DNA of 64,000 bases from Phoronis australis (lineage: Eukaryota > Animalia > Phoronida). Below are positions 1 through 11,800 of the stretch, piece after piece; within the stretch, counting starts at the first letter, position 1, and each line of letters starts with the position of its first letter. The notes under the pieces were generated by a model. The model was not told where the DNA came from and searched no databases. It worked only from the letters and a program-made list of their open reading frames with translations. The position numbers and the translations under genes are program-made. The stretch spans positions 387,507-451,506 of the forward strand of contig NMRA01000287.1 in assembly GCA_002633005.1 (NCBI GenBank), given 5' to 3'.

Positions 1-1199
1 GCGGATCTACGGGGGGGGGGGGNNNNNNNNNNNNNNNNNNNNNNNNNNNNNNNNNNNNNNNNNNNNNNNNNNNNNNNNNNNNNNNNNNNNNNNNNNNNNN
101 NNNNGGGGGGGGGGGTTCACTCTGAAAATATATTTTTTGCATTGTGAATTGCTGTTATGAAAATCAGCGCGTTTCGAGTCTTCGTGGCTCATCGACAAAA
201 CCCCGGAGATCAATTGTGCGCGCGCTTCCGACGACACTTCTGAAGTAGCCAAGCATTCTAGATGGATCCACCGCTGAAAGAGCAGCTCTATAGCTGATTT
301 CTTTAGATAACTAGCTTCTTTACTCTAAGATATGTTTTGATTTGATTAGGGAAATACTGTGGTGCCCCAACCCTGATATTCAGGCGAATTGACGTGCAAC
401 GTTTTTACCTCANNNNNNNNNNNNNNNNNNNNNNNNNNNNNNNNNNNNNNNNNNNNNNNNNNNNNNNNNNNNNNNNNNNNNNNNNNNNNNNNNNNNNNNN
501 NNNNNNNNNNNNNNNNNNNNNNNNNNNNNNNNTTTGACGTTTTTCAATTGTGGTCAACGTGATTCAGCTTAATGAAGTGATACCTAATTGTTTATTGTCG
601 CTTTTAATAATATACTATGAGCTGAGAGCACCATCGTTTGCCAGTTTTTCTCATAATTAGACAGAACACATGTTTATTTCCAGACTAACAGTACAGGTCT
701 TCGTTCTTAAACAACTTGAGGCTGCTGTTACGCGATCATCTGATATTCAATTTTTACTCCCCGTTGGGTGCTCCTTATGCTCTTGAATATTTGGTAGTTG
801 TCTAACCCCCCACACACCACACTTTTTCTTATACGACTTTTCGTATGCTAAAAAGGTGTGTATAAGCAGATGTTCCAACAAAAATTTTTGCTGGTGGCGT
901 GATTCATGCCCAGATGTGCACAAATATGGTTTCACGAAACTTGTGAGCCACGTTCATGCGACGAAATCGAGAAGGGTTTTAAATTATCTTAAGAAAAACT
1001 CAAGAGACATGTTATTAGTGCCAGAAACTTACCAGGATGCATGGAAATTTCACTATTTGGCTACAAAAACAAAAAATGGTCTTACACGGAGGGGGGAAAC
1101 CCCCCTCCCGACCTCCCCCCTCTCGGCGCCACGAGCCTCGGATTCGACCTTTGCGGGAATCCTAAACCCCCCCTTACTGAAAACGTAGATCCGCCCCTG
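1..1199. mobile_element. Non-autonomous TIR element (hAT-like MITE); window starts inside the left TIR; contains N gaps
   Basis: GCGGATCTACG (1-11) is the reverse complement of CGTAGATCCGC (1184-1194), which continues CCCTG; poly-G/C tracts lie just inside both ends. Confidence 0.55.
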
Positions 1200-1876
1200 C
1201 TTTGTATTAATTCCTTGACGAGTTGCCACCCTACAGGTACTTTAGGTTTCAATTTTTGTTTACATTTTGAAGAGGTGAAACATCTGTACGCGAAATATCG
1301 AAATGTCCATTTGCAAAAATACGTACTGGGATGGTGAATCGGGAGGCAAAAATCGAAGCATTATAAATTTCGACAGCTTCAAATTTGTGATTACCAGTGG
1401 CGAACTAAGGGGGGGGGGGGGGGGGGGNCAAGGAGTCATGGACCCCAAAAATTCTCCCAAATTCCATTTCGCAATTTGGGGCTGCCAATGTGTGACGGGC
1501 CTGTTTGATTTGTGGACGGGGCCTCAATTAAAGGACACGGGTGACACATGTGAACGAAATCTGTCGGTAAATCAGAGGGAAGTGAAAACGGAGACAAACT
1601 GGCATCGTGATTGAAGTGTGGAGTTATTGACGTCCAGTGAAATGATGGCAACATCATACGTGTAGGCTGCGGCATCGGCCACCACCCTAGATACCAAAAT
1701 ATTTGGACTGAGAACAAAAGGCTGAGTCGTTATTCTGTGTGCAACATTGACACGTGTCTGAATGGTAGCTGACCTCAGCAGTGTTTCAAGTTTCCATCAT
1801 TCCAACACGGACGGCAGATGCATCCATTGAACCATAAACTAATATTGCCGGCAGATAATTACTTGTAATCTTATTA

Positions 1877-2558
1877 TTTATCCCATACGCGTTGAATTTG
1901 TCGAAGGAAATACGTCCATGTAATAATGTTTTCCGTATTCACCTCCCGCACTGCTTCAACAGTGACCTCTGACATTAAAAATCGAAAGGTATGGCATTGT
2001 AAACTCGACGTCGTTAGACAGTTAGATCATCAAACTTTAGGAAAATAGTTTAATGTAATACAATTGTAACATGTTAGGTAACACACACTTTTAATTATAT
2101 GACAGTTCTCTCTCAGTTTTCATTTGCTAAATATTATATCGTCTGCAACTCAGGCGCCGATTCATCGGTAACTACATTATGAAACATTATTGCTATTTAA
2201 TTATGTTCAGGAGATGTTAAGAGTTCAGCGCAAAGTTACTGTTGTTTTCATCTTTGTTATCTCTTTTCAAGTAATAAATCGTTACATGTAAAGCGGTTTC
2301 TTTTACTAGAGAATACTTGCAGCCGAACGCACAAGTACACACATACAGGATGTGATCCGCCACGTGATCAGAGTGATGTAATTAAAAATTTCGGAAAAAA
2401 ATGAAAAGAGCTTGGGAATTCGAAGTGTATGGGATAAAAACAAAACGTACTTTGAATGGCGTACATGATGTAATATGCTAGGAGACATTATTCCGAGACC
2501 GAAGGTCGAGGTCGATACGCTGAATGATATCGAGAGGGATATTACTTCATGTACGCCA
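1877..2558. mobile_element. Non-coding element with a 12-bp inverted repeat pair and an outer ~100-bp hairpin
   Basis: TTTATCCCATAC (1877-1888) / GTATGGGATAAA (2427-2438); hairpin TGGCGTACATGATGTAATAT...ATATTACTTCATGTACGCCA (2457-2558) with CCGAAGGTCGAGG in the loop. Same layout as the left arm of the 3909-5508 element. Confidence 0.45.
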
Positions 2559-2672
2559 CTCTCGGTACGATTTGTGTATGTAAGAACTTGATTCGTTTGC
2601 CGAGTGGTGACTTAGTACAATGCGATAATTCATGTCATTAAATGATTAAGGTTAAACCTTTCCATTTTTTAG

Positions 2673-2881
2673 AGAAAAGTGGAATTGCTGCTCTGGGAGT
2701 GGAAGATTACACAATTCCTCTCGCCAACTTCTACGCGACTTCCCAGCATATCAACTGTACACTAGCCTACATCCGGCTTCAATCATCACTCGCTTTGCGT
2801 TTTTTGAACAATTCCCAGGACAGTGATTACGTTCAAGTCGATCTAGGTCGTATATACTATGTCACAAAGACAGCAACGCAG
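2673..2881 (+). CDS. Gene 1 exon: F5/8C domain 1, part 1
   Basis: ttttttag|AG; KSGIAALGVEDYTIPLANFYATSQ...DYVQVDLGRIYYVTKTATQ|gtgaga; the LG-x-E and QVDLG...ATQ motifs are typical of discoidin domains. Confidence 0.9.
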
Positions 2882-5800
2882 GTGAGAATTGGGGCTTTCA
2901 GTAAACCAAGACTTTCGCGATAGACGTGTTGCCATGTTTGCACAAAATCATCAATTAAAATCATTCCCCGGACACCATCTGTTATGGTGACTTCCTGAAT
3001 ATTCCTAGCTCGCAAACTCAAAGGAGTCCTTTTCGGGAAACTAGTTCAAAGCGTGATCCGTGCGCATCATGTACTAAATATTTACACGTGTACCCATGGT
3101 TCTTCCAGAGACATCATCAGTGCCACTGACGTGACTGCTCATTGATTAAACGCAAACACCGTGACGTCACAGCATCCACATCTTATGATTATTTTCTGAG
3201 AAACCGATAACATTCCTAACACAGATCTAAGACGCAGCAAAGTGTTTTTGTTTAGGAAATGAACTAAACAATGTGTGATCAAGTGAACAGATGCCCTTTA
3301 ATTCACTAACGCCTGAGTGAAACTGTGTCAGCTAGTGTTAAAGATGACCTCTAAGTAAATGATGATACACCGTATGATTTAAGTATTTTATAACTTTGAT
3401 TCTGAACTCATCACCATGCATTCGTGGTTGTAGAGTTGCCATTAGAACTGTTTATTTAGGATTCAGCCCAAACATTGCTATATCTGGGAATCAGAAGTTG
3501 CTGTTTGTCACTTCTTGTTTTCTCCAACGCAGTGGAGAAGTTCAAGATCCCATGTTTGTTGCTTTAAGTTCTAAAGAACAGCTCAGGCATGTTGTCATCA
3601 TCATTAGACTGGGCTTGTCCAGGCTACCTAGCAACTAGCCTGAGTAAGCATTACACTCTGGCCGACAACTAGAAAACGTGGCCATTTGGTCAGATGTTTA
3701 ACATCATAAGCCGCAATTTGTTTTTTGCGAGTATTTTAAATTTCAAATTGTCTCAAGATTTTCTCATTTGCTATTATATTTAACCATTTTGTTAATTCGA
3801 TTACAGATCACTGATACCAATTGCACACTTTGCATCAACATGAATTCGAATATATTGTAGAAGCAAAGCTGTGCATTACACCGCGTGCATTCGGCACAGT
3901 CATGAATATAGATTATTACATGGCGAAGTCGTTATCCCTCGTATTCTAGAGCCCGAGTAGATTTTGGAGAATTATCGCCCTGATGGGGCGTCAGCCTCGA
4001 GGGTGATAATTCTACAAAATCCACGAGGGCTCTAGAAAAGGGGGATAATGACTGAGAACATGTAATAATCTATTTATACCACATACTGAACGAGAAACAT
4101 TGCAATGAATCGGTCTACCTTTCTACTTGCCTCGGCTTTGTAACTACTTTCTATGTAAGTGGCCCGGGGTCGCAGGTTGTGACCTTTTTAGAAAAGCCGA
4201 GCTATTTTTGTCAAATAATACTTTTACTCAAAACCAATTGAAAATTTAAACAAACTAGAACTAGAGTGAATCTATAAACTAAGATTTAGCAACTATTATA
4301 GCTTACTACACATTTTATCACGTCAATCCTCTACCGGGAAAATGTGGTCTGCTAAAGTAAGTTACTACTGGTAACTGAGCATAATACTCAGGCCAAAGAA
4401 TCCTGACGACGCGATATCTGCATTCAAATTGGATATCAGTGATTTACAAGTGAGAGAACATGAGGGATTTTTTTCTGAATTAAAATATCGTTTTTATGGA
4501 AAGTGTGTGTCTTATTTTTCATAGCTTATAAATATCGATACAATGCCCTTTGTTAAACATGCAATTGTTTCGTGTACACATTTAAGTATTCTATTTTCGT
4601 TCGATGACGTCATCCACTGAGTGGTGCAGTGGTAAAGTCGACGACTAGAAACTCTTGTAGACCGGGTTCAAATCCGGCCTCAGTTCCCGCCAAAGTATTA
4701 TCTCATTAGTGAGATAACTAAATGGGTTATTACACGCTTGTACTGGCTATTCGAGGCTAGTATTGTGGTATAAAACTTTTTTCCACAATATTAGCGTCGA
4801 ATGGCAGATACAAAAGTGTAATACCCCATTTAGTTATCTAATTAGTTAGATACTACTTTAGCGGGAAACCGAGGTCGGTTTCGAACCCGAGCCTCAAGAG
4901 TTTAGAGTAGCCGACTTTACCATTACACCACTCAGCGGCTGACGTCATCGATACGCTATGGAAAGTAAGACGCATAATTTCCATAAAAATGAGATCTTAA
5001 TTCAGTGAAATTTTTCTCTCGTGTTCTTTCACTTGTAAATCAGCGATCTCCAGTTTGAATGGGGGTATCATGTTGTCGGGATCCTTTGACTGGCATTATA
5101 CTCAGTTACTATTGGTAACCTACTTTAGCAGACCATATTTTCCCGGTAGAAGCTTAGCGTGTTAAAATGTGTAGTAAGCTATAATAGTTGCTAAACCTTA
5201 ATTTACATATTAATTTTATTACTATTTTCTTTAAATTTTCAATTGGTTTTGAGTAAAAGCATTATTCGACAAAAAATAACTCGGCTTTTCTTAAAAGGTC
5301 ACCACCTCCGACCTCGGGCCTCTGACATAGAAAGTAGTTACAAAGCCGAGGCGAGTTGAGAAAGGTAGATCGATTCATTGCAGTATTTCTTGTTCAGTAT
5401 GTGGTATAATTATCACCCTCGGGGCTAACGCCCCTCCGGCAATAATTCTCCAAAATCCACTCGGGCGCTAGATAACGGGGGATAACGACTTCGCCATGTA
5501 ATAATCTAGATGTATATTTCGAAAATGCTGTTAAACTCGACTTGGAATTCTTCGTTGTTAACTATACCTGAATGTATCCCGCTGCTGCTCGAGATTGTTT
5601 GTCGGCTATTACGTTCATCATATCAGGAGATGCTCTGCAGAAAATATTATTCTGCGGTGCAGACAACACTAACGAAGTTTTTGAATCACTTGAAAGAGTG
5701 AATTGTAACGACAACCGTCAATGTTGTTGATTTGGGTTACAGTGGCAATATACATTAGTCTACGCTCATGTGATCGTGGATGTTGTGTTTGCCTTTCGTG

Positions 5801-8800
5801 GACATCGAATCTGACTTCTTTGAGTTCAAGAGCTTTGATGTTTCCCATACTTTCCCGAGGAGCATGGGGGGCGTTGTGTTTGCATGGTGTTGAATACAGC
5901 TCCCCACCAGAGTTTTGAGCGCCTGTTGTAATCACTACATTGGTCGCCGCAATTACTGAAAGCTATCTTGTTCCACTGATGTAGTTTGTGTGGCCACCAC
6001 CAGAGTTCTATCTTGGCCTCCACGGAGAGTTCAAAACTGCTGTTATACATACATACATCTGTACGTGTCGATAGTGGAATGATGCTGGTGAGAATTGACG
6101 CTGTCCGTCGATTTAAAATACATGAAAATAATTAAATTTTATTCATATAGGGAAATTGTTAGAGGGACGGTACTCTGGAACCTCAAAATTTCAAGCTGTG
6201 TTTGAATTGAACATAGCAGCATGATTTGCTATGTTCCGTTTCTTTGCATTTGCACTTCTACAGAAATGGAAACAAGTTTCAAATTATTGGGGGGTAGTAA
6301 CAAAACATGGGGCTAGATTTTAACGAAAATTCGAAATAGTAACCCCGGGAGTTGCTTGGGAAGCATTTCATGATAGCTCAGTCGATATTATTCATGGAAT
6401 ACACGGTGGGAAAATCTCTGATTTTTGTTGAGCGTATTAAGACGCTATAATCTGCTCAATCTCATAGCCTTAAAAGTAAGAGGTTGGATTAACACCCCTG
6501 ATTTATGTTCACCATCACTTCTCTCATCACCGTTGGCTTACGAGGAACTTTCAAGTATACAATTGAATGCCCACTGCTTACACAACGTTTGTCATAATGG
6601 AATTCCCAATTTCCTCACAGTTCACGCACAATGCGCGTAAAGTCATTGGTCTCGATTTTGCTATCAACTTGATCACAAGGACGATTTTCAAGAGTGTCTG
6701 TACCAATATTTTATTTTACAGGGTCTCAAAACAGGGAGACAGTGGGTGACTCAGTTGAAAATATCTACCTCAACCGACGGTAACAGTTTTGCCTGCGTCA
6801 CTGACCCTGTAACTGGCTCGTGCGATACGGTATGACGTAAGCGTTGGTAACATACTTTCATCACTCATGTGTGCTGCTTGTACCCAACTACGCACAAGTA
6901 ACAGACGAAGGCGGCAGTTAAGATTCATAGAAATGTGGCGCTGTCACGGGTGGTGGTAGGTAGAAACCGACCGGTGCTACCAGGTTTCAGTGCCACGAGA
7001 GACTGAAGCCAGTGACGCAAAGCCTTGACTGGGGACTCGCTTAGAGCAAAAGTTACAATCGTTGATTAAATTGCCTGTTTTTTTCTTTTTCTCCTCCTGA
7101 CTAGTGTTGTAACTGCTCATTCTATAACGTTGTCACGTTTTCCCCGTGTGAGGGCGCAGGTTGTTACGGACCGGTGATAAAAGCTTTCAGTGCAACGATA
7201 GACTAAAGACTGGTTCAAGTTAATCCTTTTATTAATCTCGACCGCACGTCCACAAGCCTAATCAAACAAAACGTCCGAAGTAATGTCTGTTTTATGCTCC
7301 AGCCAGTGCTGGGAAGCCTTGACTTGTGATGAACTTCTGAGACACGCGCAGCAATATGTTACACTCGTTGATTCAAATAACCTGCTGTCTTTATAGCTGG
7401 CTATGTATTCACTCTCGCTGTAACTGCTGATTCTTTTCACTGAAACACAACTGTAACTCCAACTGTTTAACCTGTTAACTGCTTTACTCCGACTGCTGAA
7501 CTGCTTAACTGACTAATACAAACCAGAACTTGTGTACTTATAGCCTAATGCAATGTTCTAGAACTTTTCACCAATTCAAGTACATGCCAGAACTTTCCGG
7601 AATCTGCCCAATCATTCTACAAACATACATGTGTACCAGTCTCTAGAATATTTCAGACTCCATTATCCACTGTCATGCTAGATAGAGTCTTCTAGAAGGT
7701 TCCACACTATACTGTAGTATACGAATTACATCATCTTTGTACTGAACTCAGGGCCGGGTCATGCCAATCAATAACCTAAACAGAACAATAAACAAAATAA
7801 ACCAAGAACAGTGGCAGTCTAGATTCTGACAAACGTCAACGCAAATACAGCATTTTCCCAACTCATAACCATGGTTCAAGCAAGATTTAAATCAAAAGAT
7901 ACACAGCTTGGTTCTTGGCTGGTGGTTTTTTCCTATAAGTACAGTGTAGGTCACGCTTATCCGTTTATCAGATTTTGTAAAGAATGGACTTCTCCAAGGC
8001 TTTGAAGGATTTCTATGCGGGTGGAAACGTAATATCTATTAATAGACCAAAGTCGAGTTGGGTATTTCATTAATCTTAACGCAAGTTTGAAGGACAAGTG
8101 ATTTTTCAAGTTCGCAAAGAAATCCGAGTCTTTGCCTATAAATATGCATGTAAATACTCGCTCATCCGATGATGTCTGACCTAGTATGCCTAATGAGTTT
8201 TTAATCGTTTCCCATACAATCCAACTGTAATCTGCATTCATATTGTCTTCACAGAGCTCGGAAATATCAATATTATTTTAACTTGCTAAACCAATCTCCT
8301 TGTCGACCAAGTGACTCATCATGATTTTTGACACCATTGTTACACAGACGCAACTGAAAGTAAGTCTGTGCATTGTGCAAACTGCAAGCCACAAGCAGTG
8401 GCTTGCTGTTCGTCCATATTCGTTGAAGACAATTCACTAAGTTGCATTAAATGTTGATCATGAGTTTTTCTAACTACTACACATTCGCTGAATTACACGA
8501 TGCTTATGTTCGATCAGTTCACAGGTAATTCGGATGCAAACACTGTAGTTGACCAGATGTTCACAAGAGGCGCTGTGATGGCACGATATGTACGAATGCA
8601 ACCGACTGGCTATTTTGGTCATAAATCTCTGCGCATCGAGGTGTACGGGTATAGTGAAGGTAGGACAGATACAAAATATGAACTGGTATAAAATGACTAA
8701 TGGCTAAGATGGCCCATGAAATATGCGTGTAATGACCGAGTTCTGCGCGACTGAAAACAGGTACACAGTAAGAAAACATAAAAAATGAAAACCTGTTTCG

Positions 8801-11800
8801 TCACGAGTTTGAGGTGGAGTTTTTAAGTTGAATTTATAGGAGTCAGGACATATAAGATTTCATTCTAGTTGCCATTCTGAGACACAGTAAGACATGCCCT
8901 GCATGTTTACAGTATTACTGCGGAATTTATGGACATTCTTTGAATTCCAGATACGCATATTGAACGTGCATTTGGTATAAGAACAGGAGTCATACCAATG
9001 TCTCAGATCTCGGCCACATCATCCCACGCTGGATGTCCCCTTAAGAACATACGGCTTAAATCTTATTCCTCGTGGTGTCCCGCAGCAAACTCAGATCCTA
9101 ATGAGGCTGTCACAGTCGATCTTGGCAAACTTCGAGTAATCACGAAAACGGCTATGCAGGCAAGTTCTCGTTTACATGTGACTCGAGGGCCATGGGTTCA
9201 AAGTAACCTGTGCGCACAACCTGGAAAGAGGCCGTTTTGAGGGCAATTTTCACTAGAACAGTGCAACCACCTGTGCCGGGTTGCATGAAACAGTCCCAAA
9301 ATGTTACTCAACTACATTGCAAGTCCCCTAAATCCTTTGCCTACATGTATTTATGTCATTTCATCTTTATCATGAGCTCATCTTCGACTGATAGCATTTT
9401 CTAATAACGTAACTAAAAACTAAGCCCTGAATCCAATGAAAATAAATAGACTTAGTCCCAAAGTTAGGGGCGTTGCATGAAAAGATTCTTATATGTTTTC
9501 GATAATATTGAGAATTCAACGTCGAGTTCACTCTCGATTTGTATCAAAACTAAAAGTTGACTGAGTAATGAAACTAAAACAGCTTAAGAAAGACAATCGG
9601 TGTTTTCACAAGTTCACAAAGACGCAGTAGATTAAAGGAACTATTTGGGACTGTTTCCTGCAACCGGGCTCCAGGACCACTCGATCTACCAAGGAACTGG
9701 AATACGTCATGCGTGACAGACAACCATTAAGCTTTTTGTCGCGCATGACGCGGTCCCTCGATCCTCAGTGAATCGCTACGCATGCCCATATTACAATAGC
9801 GGATTTGCAGCGCAGACGAATTACGCATTGCGCATGTGCGAGTTACTTCCTTCGCGAAGGCTCATGGGATAGCTTGTGGTCAGGCATGTCTTGAGCAGGC
9901 TGGATACTGTGTGCATTTGGAGTGATTTGCAAACTAAAAACTATGTTTCATTTTTTTGCTTTATAATACCAAGCAAGTCCTTTCTCTCGTTTGTAAACAC
10001 AGCGTAGCTATGATCAGTGACCGAGGGCTCGTCATATTCATCGGCGTTGATTTCGAAATCTCCTCCGGTTTCAGACAAGTTGAGAGTTCTTGGGTTGCTT
10101 AACTTTTGTAGCTTTCGCCTTGGATATGCTAGAGACGTTAATTTTAAGAGGAAACTCCGTCCGAATGTTGTTCTCATAAGTCTTTTTTTCCACCAGGAAA
10201 ATGTTCGCTGCACACACGATGGTCCCTAGGCAATTACATCGCACTGAATCTTTTGATGCCGCAGGCATTCAGGGGCGATAGTACATCCTCACAAAAAGTT
10301 ACTCATTTCAAAATACAGCAAATAAAATCAAATGAACCATACATATAGGAACACGGAGTTATAATTAACACATACCACGACTTTGGATACAATTTAGTCA
10401 GCAAAACTTGAACAAATCGATGAAAATCTGTCGCGGTTTGCTCGAGTTTCTCTCAGTTACTGGGTGCCATTTTGAGGAAGTTACGTGAAATTACATGTAC
10501 GCATGTTGACGAATAAAAAGTCCAAGGGACACACATCTTACAAGTTTCAGTTGACATGCTTTGTGGTTATCGCGCACGCGGTGATAAAATTAACGGCAAC
10601 CAAAAAGTGAAGTTGTAATTCTTCACCAAAGTCAACTTAATTCTCACAACTAAGCTTCATCAAAGCTATGTGTAGAAGTAGAAAGGACCAATGATGAAAG
10701 TAAGTGTTTTTTTAAAGTTTTAATTGTAGATTGTATTTTTGACGAGGTGAAAACTCGAAATCGGTATCCCAAATCCGGTCACGGCCAGTTTAAAATACAC
10801 TGAAGTAACGAAATGAATACAGAAAGCGAATGGAAGTATTGTAGCCCCTATATGGCCAACCGAGGGGTTACGTGTTGCCTACTAGATGGCCCCGCGTTGG
10901 TTTGAATGCGCTAAATCTCCCCTTACTCCCAGCTCTCCTAATGTTGTTTATCGATTTTTCACGAAGTTCTTGGTTTGCAGGGAACACATAAAAACTCAGA
11001 TTTTTATCTCTCTTGTTGTTTTTGAAGCAGCCAGGAACACAACAAGTGTATCCGCCGTAAGTTTTCTTCGCGCTCATACCGCGTATTATTCTTGTTACTA
11101 TGGCCGCTTTCGGAATCCTGACCACAGCACCCACAATGCACCATATTAACCTAATTTCAATATGGCGTCGCTGCAAATCCGCTATTATGCATGTATGCAT
11201 GGCTTATGGAAGTGACAGGTTCAAGTGGAATTCAGTTGCGTAACATTATTCCCTCTGGAATAGGCCTGACTAAACGTGTATACCGCTGTTTAAACAGCCG
11301 GGCTACACAAAACAACAACAGCAACAACAACAACAACAACAACAAAGGCACATATATTCAGTCCGCTTTCACGGATAATACGTTAGTTTGGAAAATGGCA
11401 TTGTATGTTATTGCGGGACAATCATCACTGATTCGGGTCGAATCTAGAGGAGGCTGTGTCGGGCGTGAATCTAAAAGGGACTACTTTACCACTGGACCCT
11501 CGCCTCACTGAGCTCTGTCAATGCGACTGTCTTAAACTACAATTGTTGATTGACTGCTTTGAGCCTTCCACCTTTATAAGTCTCGCTTCTTGGATTAGAT
11601 GAACAACGGAACAGTACAACATATGGTTTGCAAATGACATATTCGACAGCGTGCCCTAACCCATTCTTCGTGTTGGACCACCTTTAGAGCTACTCAGATT
11701 GCACACTACCTTCAATATTAGCGCACTCATTTTGAGTGCATGGCCACAGTGTATCCCCCCTCACTCCCAAACTGACAACAGGCCCGAACTGCTAGTGACC

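Larger units (their letters stand above)
3909..5508. repeat. 1.6-kb foldback made of two diverged copies of one element joined tail-to-tail at ~4775
   Basis: Perfect 30-bp terminal inverted repeat TAGATTATTACATGGCGAAGTCGTTATCCC; the arms align by eye along their length with substitutions and two ~65-bp indels; centre TATTGTGG...CCACAATA (4761-4790). Confidence 0.9.

Noticed and set aside
1486-1680. CQCVTG...TGDTCERN (EGF-like) and TGIVIEV...VQ*NDGN (Mib/Herc2-like) peptides as possible upstream exons of gene 1
   Set aside because: No convincing acceptor/donor pair, stops and frameshifts are present, and a poly-G MITE-like sequence is adjacent; too weak to call.
4861-4939. CUA anticodon suggesting an amber-suppressor tRNA
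   Set aside because: The anticodon stem cannot pair and the sister copy reads AGA at the same place; this is decay of a tRNA-derived repeat.
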